Of a stretch of 28,264 bases of DNA, positions 7,633-14,956 are shown piece after piece; position 1 is the stretch's first letter; every line of letters starts with the position of its first letter. The notes below the pieces were generated by a model. The model saw only the letters and a list, made by a program, of their open reading frames with translations. It was not told the origin of the DNA and made no database searches. The DNA comes from Trueperaceae bacterium (GTDB lineage Bacteria > Deinococcota > Deinococci > Deinococcales > Trueperaceae), in contig JBBDRK010000007.1 of the NCBI GenBank assembly GCA_040905465.1, positions 1-28,264 on the forward strand. Direction: 5' to 3'. Made by a program: the position numbers and the translations under genes.

Positions 7633-9231
7633 TTCCCCGCCCAGGTGACCGTAAGAGGTCCCGTTGGACACTCCGGGCACCAGTCCGCCGGTTTCGGGCG
7701 GATTCCAGTTCTCGTCGGCGAAGCGGAAGACGTAGTTGGCGTCCTCCGGCCCTTGGGCGGTGAACATGACACCTCCGGCAAAGTCATCGCCCTGCGCCGC
7801 CATCTCGAACCGCTCGCCGGCGGCCGGATCGGGCGAGAATCGCCCGTCGTTGTTCACGTCTATCCAGACCTCCGCCTGTGCGGGTGGAAGCCCCTGGGGG
7901 TGCCGGTACAGCGCTGCGTACCGTCCTCCGTCACGCCCGTTGATGAAGCCTTCCGGGTTCAGCAGGAAGGGCCGTTGCGAGGGCCGGTAGGGCGGAACGT
8001 TCGCCAAGGTGCCGGTGAGGGAGGTGCCGGGGCGGGCGGTGTCGAGCACGCCCCGGTTCTCCATGTACCAGCGCGCCTGCAGGTAGTAGTCGAGCGTGTC
8101 CAAGCGAGCCGGCGCCCACGCCTCCGCCGGGTGGAAGCCGCCCGTCAGCATGTGACGGACGTCAGCGGGCTCTATCGGGTAGTCGGCGACCGTGCCGTTG
8201 CTGCGGTGACGGTTGCAGTAGGGTACGTCTTCCCAGCCACTGAAGTCGTTGTCGGCGAAGGGGTAATCGCTGGCGATGAAGACCAGGGGGACGTCGTAAT
8301 CGAGCACCTCGTCGCGACCAGTCTCACAGGAGTACCAGAAGCCGTTGCCATCCTCTTCCTCGATGAAGTCGGCACTATGGTCGGACTCGAAGTCGGCGGT
8401 TTCGTCTCCCGGAAGTGGCCGTCCCTCTTCGATGGAGATGAGGTGCGTGGTGTCGGGATCGATCTGTCTGCCCGCCTCCTTCAGACGCCCCACCCACCAG
8501 CGGTGGAACTCGCCCTTCGGATCCTGTGCCCGCTTGGTGTTGTACTCCCACATGAAGTTGTAGACGACGTTGGGGTATTGCCAGGTGGCTTCCACCACCC
8601 GCTCGATGGCCAGTTCGTGCAGTTCACGCCTGCTCCAACCGCCAGTGACAACCCCGCCGTCATGGCCAGGGTCGCTCCACAGCATGTCGGTCCCTGCATA
8701 CTTCTGGTCCTGGTAGTTCCACTTGTAGCTCCAGAAGTAGATGCGCAGCACAAGATCGTGCTCGTAGGCGGTCCGCGCCAGCTCCTCCAGGTGCTGCCAG
8801 TGGGTGTCGTCCTGCAGGGTCGCGAGCAACTCGTCGTGAGAGGCATTGACCCACTGCGGATGCGCCGCCGTGAACAGCGAGTTACCGTAACGCGCAGCCC
8901 GAGTAACCACTTCAGCCGGAAAGGTTGCGGTGGGAACGGGAGAGAGCCCGCCCTGGTGACCGAACATGACCATCGGCAGGCCCTTGTACTCGAAGTAGCG
9001 TGGGTTCTCCGGCAACAGTCCGAGACCTGCTTCTATCGCTTTTACTCTGGCCGCGCCTGACTCCTCCGGACCTCCAGGCTCGTCTGGGACACCGGGGTCA
9101 CTGGGAACACCTGCATCCGACAACTGCCCGGCGCACGAGTTCAGCGAGAAAACGCAGAGCAAGACAGCGAACAGGCCGAGCATCGATTTCGGGAGGGACT
9201 TGCGGGCTCGGAATTGACACGACGGGGGCAT
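7630..9231 (-). CDS. Secreted lipoprotein with putative clan-A glycoside hydrolase-like TIM barrel and C-terminal beta domain
   Basis: Basic N-region, hydrophobic stretch and LNSC lipobox, then a Pro/acidic linker. PENPRYFEYKGLP and TWQYPNVVYNFMWEYN resemble strand-1 and strand-4 motifs of GH5-like / apiosidase-like barrels. Alternative start at 9183. Confidence 0.6.
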   Translation of the reverse strand: MPPSCQFRARKSLPKSMLGLFAVLLCVFSLNSCAGQLSDAGVPSDPGVPDEPGGPEESGAARVKAIEAGLGLLPENPRYFEYKGLPMVMFGHQGGLSPVPTATFPAEVVTRAARYGNSLFTAAHPQWVNASHDELLATLQDDTHWQHLEELARTAYEHDLVLRIYFWSYKWNYQDQKYAGTDMLWSDPGHDGGVVTGGWSRRELHELAIERVVEATWQYPNVVYNFMWEYNTKRAQDPKGEFHRWWVGRLKEAGRQIDPDTTHLISIEEGRPLPGDETADFESDHSADFIEEEDGNGFWYSCETGRDEVLDYDVPLVFIASDYPFADNDFSGWEDVPYCNRHRSNGTVADYPIEPADVRHMLTGGFHPAEAWAPARLDTLDYYLQARWYMENRGVLDTARPGTSLTGTLANVPPYRPSQRPFLLNPEGFINGRDGGRYAALYRHPQGLPPAQAEVWIDVNNDGRFSPDPAAGERFEMAAQGDDFAGGVMFTAQGPEDANYVFRFADENWNPPETGGLVPGVSNGTSYGHLGGE

Positions 9232-9438
9232 TGAGGGCCTCTCAGATGGCTGGGAGCCTCTGATTCGAGTAGGGAACGTGTAGCAGATAGGTGGTGATGA
9301 AATCAGAGATCAAGGATTCGGTACCGCTGACCTTCCGGCACCAATGGCAATCCTACAGTGTCTCGAAGGCAGGTGCTGTTGGAATTCCGAAACCTAGGTC
9401 CGGCAAAGTCTCGCCGGAAGGCAAACGCTCACTACCCC

Positions 9439-9730
9439 TTACTCTGCCTTGCCTCCAGCATTCCTGGCGCCCTTGCCGGTGGTCGGCGGGCCAGGTTCTA
9501 CCGCTACCGAATCGCTGGCGCTCGCCGAATTTCCGGCAAGATCGGTAGCCGTGTAGGTGGCGCCGTAGCCGACGCCGTTGCCTCTATCCAAGGTTGCAAG
9601 CACGTCGAAGCTGAAATCATCCGAACCTGTATTGGCCCCAGAGACCTTGCCCCTTGAAGAACTGGACGCTACGTCGGTGAGAACGACGGCAGCTATACCT
9701 GACAAGTTGTCGTCAGCCGATACACCGGTG
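9439..9730 (-). pseudogene. C-terminal fragment of a large secreted/surface protein (Ig/HYR-like repeat)
   Basis: VSADDNLSGIAAVVLTDVAS...YGATYTATDLAGNSASASDSVAV, a TYTATDxAGN Ig-like signature. It has its own stop at 9439 but no N-terminus. Confidence 0.65.
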
Positions 9731-10069
9731 GACCTCGATCGTTTCGGGGTCGAACTCGAGCCCGTCCGGTTCCACCGCCACTTCCAACAAAACCTCTCGA
9801 ACCTGCCTCCCAATCGACTCGACATCATTTGGCGTCATACCTAGCAGGTCGATGTCCATGGTCGGTCGGCCCAGTGGGGAGTCCTACACCCTTAGCACCA
9901 AGGCTCCCTTCAGGACGAAACGCGAACCGTGCCGGGATTGCGAGAGGCGATAAAGGAACCGCTCCATAGCAAAGTATTGCAGCACCTCTCCGAACGGCCG
10001 CCCACCACTCCGAGCCACGTTTAGGAGCCGCTGCCTCACGCTCGCCGCCAGGTTGTGACCCGCCGTCAC
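9713..10069 (-). pseudogene. abiEii: AbiEii/AbiGii nucleotidyltransferase toxin, disrupted
   Basis: GTG at 10069 overlaps the antitoxin TGA. The frame reads NLAASVRQRLLN...FAMERFLYRLSQS...FVLKGAL, then in-frame TAG at 9886-9884, then RPTMDIDLLG...DGLEFDPETI. Homology ends near 9726. Confidence 0.88.
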
Positions 10070-10665
10070 AACTTCGCCTCGAGGTATGGCCGCATCACCT
10101 GCGCGACCCTGCAAATCCGCGCGTATTGCATCAGTACGGCCACGTCGGGCCGGCCCCGCTCCAGGTACAGGTCAAGTGCCTCCAGAACCACGTCCAGCCC
10201 GACACGATTGCGGAACTTGAAGAGGTCTGCGAGCGACTTCTCCGGACCGTACACCCGAACCGTTACTCCGTCCAAAACGTGCTCCTCCACGCCGGCCTCG
10301 TATGCCTCCCAAGCGAATCGGTGCACCAACAGCGGAGGGTGGTCCAGCCGCGGCGTCTCCGCACTCCGTGGCAGGGCTATCCAGACGGCGTGAGGAACCT
10401 GCGTGGTTAGTCCATGGAACGCGATTGCCGAGACCAAGCAAACAACCGCCCTAGGGACCCGAACCGCGATTACCAGCAGATCCGGGTCGCTCACCGACGG
10501 CAAGTCGGTCAAGCGGTACACGCCCCGGCTGATCCGCTCAAGCTGACCCGAATCAAGCATCTTGTAGAGCGCATACCTCGAAAGCCCCGCAGCGAGCGCC
10601 TCGCTCATGCGCATCTGCCCCCCATGCTCTCTGAATATCGATTCCGCGTCGCTCACAGGGACCAC
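10066..10665 (-). CDS. abiEi: Type IV TA antitoxin, AbiEi family (N-terminal wHTH)
   Basis: FREHGGQMRMSEALAAGLSR, LERISRGVYRL, VVCLVSAIAFHGLTTQVP and YGPEKSLADLFKFRNRVGLDVVLEAL motifs. The start may be GTG 10656. Confidence 0.9.
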   Translation of the reverse strand: MVPVSDAESIFREHGGQMRMSEALAAGLSRYALYKMLDSGQLERISRGVYRLTDLPSVSDPDLLVIAVRVPRAVVCLVSAIAFHGLTTQVPHAVWIALPRSAETPRLDHPPLLVHRFAWEAYEAGVEEHVLDGVTVRVYGPEKSLADLFKFRNRVGLDVVLEALDLYLERGRPDVAVLMQYARICRVAQVMRPYLEAKL

Positions 10666-10711
10666 CAGACAAAAGCCCTACACATGTCAATTAGTGTAGC
10701 GAATTTGTCTG
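10666..10711. promoter_or_regulatory. 46-bp imperfect inverted repeat upstream of abiEi (autoregulatory operator candidate)
   Basis: CAGACAAA (10666-73) / TTTGTCTG (10704-11) and CTACAC (10678-83) / GTGTAG (10694-99) share one symmetry axis. A minus-strand TACACT -10 candidate lies inside the repeat. Confidence 0.75.
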
Positions 10712-10824
10712 ACTCGCGCCCACAAATACTTTCGACGTATCGACCCACTCCAGCACAAGCCTGCCTTGAGTTCGCGCCCCGCGGAACAGCGCTCAGATCA
10801 GCGATAATTTTCCCGCCGACAGGA

Positions 10825-11730
10825 TCACCAGCGATAGTGCCGAATGTGCTCCCCCCTGTCGGCGATCTGGCTCATCGACTGAATCCCCATCTCGATGTGC
10901 AGGTCGGTGTAATTTCGGAACACCTTTCGGGCCGACTCCTTCGTCTTGATGCCGCCCTTTCGCAGAGGGAGGTCGGACACCAGCAGCAGTGCGCCGATCG
11001 GAACCTTCGAGGCAAAGCCGACCGAGAAGAGCGTGGCGGTTTCCATATCGATCGCCAGTGCGCGCTCCTCGTAGAGTTGCGACTTGAAGCGCTCGTTGAA
11101 CTCCCAGAAGCGGTAGTCGGTGGAGTGCACGACGCCGGTGCGGTAGTCGAGGCCCTTTTCCACGATGATCTGCGAAACGAACTTCTGGACCTTGAAGGTC
11201 GGCAAGGCAGGAACCTGTGGCGGCATGAAATGCCGCGACGCGCCCTCATCGCGAATCGCCGCGGTTGGCAGGACGAAGTCGCCTACCTGAAGTGAGCGAT
11301 GCAGCCCGCCGCAGATGCCCAGGAACAGGGTGGCTTTGGGGTCGGCGGTGGCGAGCACTTCGATGATCAGCGCAGCGACCGGCGAGCCGATCGAGAAGTT
11401 GATGATGGACACGCCCTGCTTTTCGCTGTGCGCCGCGGTCATGGCTGAGCCTTCGGACACCTCCGCGTCGTCGCAGAGAATCTTGAAGCGTTCCATGTAG
11501 TAGTTGAAGTTGGTGAGGATGATCTGCTTCTGGAATCCTTCCGGCGCCGTCCCGGTGTAACGCTCGAGGAATTCCCTGCCTATCGCCCACTTGTCCGGGT
11601 TCGCGTAGATCAGGTTATCGCTGCCCGGACGCGAACCGTCCTCCTCCTCAGGCGCATTGTCCTGTACGGTGACGGTGTCGGGGTCGGCCTCGATCTCCTC
11701 GCCCGGCTTGCGTTCGTCTCTCTGGCTCAT
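10825..11730 (-). CDS. amn: AMP nucleosidase-like protein (PNP/UDP phosphorylase family)
   Basis: LERYTG..F..QIILTNF, IINFSIGSPVAALI, LFLGICGGL, AAIRDEGAS.HF, IDMETATLF, GALLLVSDLP and GIKT motifs. ATG at 11730 lies 5 nt after TAGGCT. Confidence 0.88.
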   Translation of the reverse strand: MSQRDERKPGEEIEADPDTVTVQDNAPEEEDGSRPGSDNLIYANPDKWAIGREFLERYTGTAPEGFQKQIILTNFNYYMERFKILCDDAEVSEGSAMTAAHSEKQGVSIINFSIGSPVAALIIEVLATADPKATLFLGICGGLHRSLQVGDFVLPTAAIRDEGASRHFMPPQVPALPTFKVQKFVSQIIVEKGLDYRTGVVHSTDYRFWEFNERFKSQLYEERALAIDMETATLFSVGFASKVPIGALLLVSDLPLRKGGIKTKESARKVFRNYTDLHIEMGIQSMSQIADRGEHIRHYRW

Positions 11731-11896
11731 GGGCCAGCCTACCGGATGGGCCGAGGTCGAACAACGATAGGCGGCACGGTGACGCATGTGCGCCGGGAGC
11801 GATACTTCACATCGGCATCCGAAGCACCCATGGAATCATGGCCTACACGTCACCCACGGAACGAATCGGCGGTGCCGGCAGGAAGGAGGAGTGAAA

Positions 11897-12421
11897 GTGG
11901 CAGACATGTATGTCGTGTACGTAGATGCTCCGGAGATGGAGCCGTCGACTGAAGACAGGCACCGCTTGGCCAAGCTCCTCCGACTCGACTCCCCGAAGCT
12001 CGACTCCCTACTCGGCCGACTGCCGGCCGAGGTAACCAAACCGGTCCCCGAGTCGACCGCGGCGACGGTCGCACGGCGATTCCGCGAGGCCGGTCTCGAT
12101 GCCTCGATTCGACCGTCCGAACCGGTCGCACGGCGCAACGCAGCGCCCGAGGAGCCAACGGAACCGAAGCCGGAGCCGTCGGGGCCAGTCGACGAAATCG
12201 CCGGCTACAGTCCTCCCAGTGACAGCAGCAGGTCAGAGCAGGATGAGATTTGGAAGACGCAGTTCGGCGGCGGGCAACGGTCGAAAGCAGCCAGCGAGGA
12301 CGAGCTGTTTCCACCGTCGGCCTTCGACCACGCGCAGGGACCCAAGGCTCCGTCGAAGCCGCTGGTGATCGCCTTGGTGGTCGTGCTCGCGGTCCTGGCG
12401 GTTCTCTGGGTTCTCCTGTAA
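11897..12421 (+). CDS. Hypothetical protein: small N-terminal domain, Pro/acidic linker, C-terminal TM helix
   Basis: GGAGG SD then GTG at 11897. Ends in KPLVIALVVVLAVLAVLWVLL-stop. Confidence 0.75.
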   Translation: MADMYVVYVDAPEMEPSTEDRHRLAKLLRLDSPKLDSLLGRLPAEVTKPVPESTAATVARRFREAGLDASIRPSEPVARRNAAPEEPTEPKPEPSGPVDEIAGYSPPSDSSRSEQDEIWKTQFGGGQRSKAASEDELFPPSAFDHAQGPKAPSKPLVIALVVVLAVLAVLWVLL

Positions 12422-12450
12422 ACGCCGACCGGCGCGCGTTCCGGCAGGCT

Positions 12451-13608
12451 TCAGGTGACGAGCAGGCGCTCGACTCGCCTCAGCGCCTCGCGCACATTTT
12501 CCAGACTGGTTGCGTAAGACAGCCGGGCCTTGCCGGGCGCCAGGAAATCGGTTCCGGGCACGACCCCGACGTGCGCCTCCTCCAGCAACCTGGTAGCCGC
12601 GACGGTCTCGTCCGCGTCGATCGGCGTGAGGTCGGTCATCACGTAGAACGCGCCCTGAGGCTTGGGAGTGCTCAGGCCCAGGCGATTGAGCCCCTCTACC
12701 AGCACGTCGCGCCTCTCGATGTACGCATTGCGCGTCATTTCGATGAAGGCCGCGGTCTTCTCCACCTCGTTCAGCGCCACGGTGACGGCGTGTTGAGCCA
12801 GCGCATTGGCGCCGCTGGTCGACTGGCCCTGAAGGCGGTTCATCGCCTTGATCAGCGGCGCCGGGCCGGCGCCGTAACCGATACGCCAACCGGTGAGGGC
12901 GTACGCCTTCGATGCACCGTGGATTATCAGGGTCTTGTCCGGAGCGTAGGCCGCTGCCGCAGTGAACTCGCCGTCGTACACCAGGTGCTCGTAGAGGTCG
13001 TCGGCGAACACCCAGATATCGCGCTCGGCAGCCAGCTCCACGATCTCCCTGATCACCTCGCGGGGATAGACGGCTCCGGTCGGATTGCAGGGCGAGTTGA
13101 CGAGTATCACCCGGGTGCGATCGCTGATAGCGTCCCGCAGCGCCCGAGGATCGGGCACGAAGCCCTCATCGGCGCTAGTCGGCACCGGCACGGTCACGCC
13201 TCCGGCAAGCTGTATCTGGGCGGGATAGGAGACCCAATAGGGAGCGGGAACGATAACCTCGTCGCCGGGATTCAGGACGGCCATGAAGGCGTTGTAGAGG
13301 ACCTGCTTGCCGCCGGTCGAGATCATCACCTGATCTGGTGAGTACCCCAGGCCGTTCTCGCGGCCGAATTTGTCGCACACCGCCTGACGCAGCTCGAACG
13401 TTCCTTCGGACGCCGTGTACTTGGTCATGCCCCGTGCGAGTGCGTCTCGCACCGCGTCGAACACGTGCTCGGGAGGCTGAAAGTCGGGCTCGCCGGCGGT
13501 CATGGCAATCACATCGACGCCACTGCGGGCGAGGTCTTTGGCCTTGGTGTTGAAAGCCACCGTGGCCGAAGCCTTTAGCCTCTTTATGCTCTCGGAAAGC
13601 TGGGGCAT
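12451..13608 (-). CDS. aspC: Aspartate aminotransferase (class I PLP-dependent)
   Basis: AGEPDF, TGGKQ, PAPYWVSY, NSPCNPTG, DDLYE, GASKAYALTGWRIGY (PLP Lys), PQGAFY and RLSYA motifs. GAGGTG SD. Confidence 0.92.
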   Translation of the reverse strand: MPQLSESIKRLKASATVAFNTKAKDLARSGVDVIAMTAGEPDFQPPEHVFDAVRDALARGMTKYTASEGTFELRQAVCDKFGRENGLGYSPDQVMISTGGKQVLYNAFMAVLNPGDEVIVPAPYWVSYPAQIQLAGGVTVPVPTSADEGFVPDPRALRDAISDRTRVILVNSPCNPTGAVYPREVIREIVELAAERDIWVFADDLYEHLVYDGEFTAAAAYAPDKTLIIHGASKAYALTGWRIGYGAGPAPLIKAMNRLQGQSTSGANALAQHAVTVALNEVEKTAAFIEMTRNAYIERRDVLVEGLNRLGLSTPKPQGAFYVMTDLTPIDADETVAATRLLEEAHVGVVPGTDFLAPGKARLSYATSLENVREALRRVERLLVT

Positions 13609-13630
13609 GCCTCACCTCGAATTCTCGGAG

Positions 13631-14050
13631 TTACTGGAGGTCGTCGCCTCCGAAGAAGATCTCCATCTCGCGTCGAGCAGTATCCGGAGCATCCGAACCG
13701 TGCACCACGTTCTCATCGATCGTCGTCGCGAAGTCGCCGCGGACGGTGCCGGGCGTCGCGTCGGCGGGGTTGGTGGCGCCCATCATCTTGCGCCATTCGG
13801 CGATCGCGTTCTCCCCCTCTACCACCATCGCCACCACCGGACCGCCGATGATGAACGATACGAGGCCCTCGAAGAAAGGCTTGCCGCGATGCTCGCCGTA
13901 ATGCCGTTCGGCCGTCTCGCGCGGAATCTGCATCATCTTCATGGCGACGATGCGAAAGCCCTTCGCCTCGATGCGGCGAACCACCTCACCCACCAGCGCA
14001 CGCTGCACGCCGTCGGGCTTGACCATTGCGAATGTACGTTCAGAAGCCAT
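13631..14050 (-). CDS. ndk: Nucleoside diphosphate kinase
   Basis: [32 protein letters not shown] and NVVHGSD (catalytic His) motifs. Confidence 0.97.
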   Translation of the reverse strand: MASERTFAMVKPDGVQRALVGEVVRRIEAKGFRIVAMKMMQIPRETAERHYGEHRGKPFFEGLVSFIIGGPVVAMVVEGENAIAEWRKMMGATNPADATPGTVRGDFATTIDENVVHGSDAPDTARREMEIFFGGDDLQ

Positions 14051-14072
14051 AACCCGGGAATGTTATCACGAG

Positions 14073-14561
14073 CTAGCGCTGACCGGCGATTCGCTCGATC
14101 TGTACCAGGTGATTGAGATCGTGGCCGGCCAGTACGCGCACCATCAGGTCGAGCGAGATCATCCCGTGCTCGGCGTGGAAGGCCTCCTTCAGCCAGCCGT
14201 CGAGATCGAGCGTTGCCAGCAGCGCCAGATTCCAGGAACGCACGGCACGGAGCGTGGATAGCGCGAGCGCGGGATCAGCCCGCCGATACCGTTGCGCCCA
14301 CCGGTCCTGATCGAACGGCTGCAGCACCGGTTCACTCTCGGCCAGGGTTTGTCGGAACCGAAACGCATGGCTGATCTCTATGTCGGCCAGGTGCGCCAGG
14401 ATCTCCCGGACGGTCCACTTGCCCTCGTCGTAGCTGAGCGCGTAGTCCGCCGGCGCCAGGTCCTCGACCAGCTCCTCGACTCGCAAGGGCGTGACCTGCA
14501 GGACTTCGATGGGATCCTGGTCGCCGAGCAGGGCCAGGTAGCGGTCAGCGTAGGAGTGCAT
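14073..14561 (-). CDS. DinB/YfiT superfamily four-helix protein (thiol S-transferase-like)
   Basis: GKWTVREILAHLAD.E, PFDQDRWA and LAGHDLNH give the His triad. ATG at 14561 lies 7 nt after TAGAGT. This family is unrelated to Pol IV dinB. Confidence 0.87.
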   Translation of the reverse strand: MHSYADRYLALLGDQDPIEVLQVTPLRVEELVEDLAPADYALSYDEGKWTVREILAHLADIEISHAFRFRQTLAESEPVLQPFDQDRWAQRYRRADPALALSTLRAVRSWNLALLATLDLDGWLKEAFHAEHGMISLDLMVRVLAGHDLNHLVQIERIAGQR

Positions 14562-14568
14562 GGGCCAC

Positions 14569-14603
14569 ACTCTACAAAAAGGACGGTTGCCGATAGCTAT
14601 AGT
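14569..14603. promoter_or_regulatory. Back-to-back -10 elements for two divergent leaderless genes
   Basis: Minus strand TAGAGT-N7-ATG (14574-14569) and plus strand TATAGT-N7-ATG (14598-14603). No SD on either side. Confidence 0.7.
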
Positions 14604-14610
14604 GGAAGTC

Positions 14611-14934
14611 ATGGACCGACCAGTGCCCGAGATAGATGTCGAAGAAGCCAGCCGCCGGCTGGCCGAGGGAGAGAACCTTATAGACGTGCGTGAGCCGCAC
14701 GAACACGACGAGGCGCACATCGCGGGCGCCCGGCTGTTGCCGATGTCGGAGTTCCTGGAGCGCTACCAGCAAGAGCTTCCTGCCGGCCGGGAGCTGATGA
14801 TCCAGTGCCGTAGCGGGAGCCGCAGCGCCGAGGTGACCCGAGTGCTGCTAGAGCGGGGATACCGGGCCGTCAACGTTGCGGGAGGGATCCTGGCCTGGGA
14901 GAGCGCCGGCCTGCCGGTCGAGCGCGACGAGTAG
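14611..14934 (+). CDS. Single-domain rhodanese / sulfurtransferase
   Basis: LIDVREPHE...HIAGA, active-site loop CRSGSRS, and NVAGGILAW..AGLP. Confidence 0.92.
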   Translation: MDRPVPEIDVEEASRRLAEGENLIDVREPHEHDEAHIAGARLLPMSEFLERYQQELPAGRELMIQCRSGSRSAEVTRVLLERGYRAVNVAGGILAWESAGLPVERDE

Positions 14935-14956
14935 TTCCGAGGGGGCGGACGGCCGC

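Noticed and set aside
9884..9886. Programmed readthrough or recoding of the abiEii TAG
   Set aside because: The gene is also truncated about 50 codons later, and all other genes use standard stops including TAG. A simple nonsense mutation is more likely.
14073..14561. Link between this 'DinB family' protein and Pol IV dinB as a damage-response pair
   Set aside because: The shared name is coincidental. The folds are unrelated and the genes are 9 kb apart.
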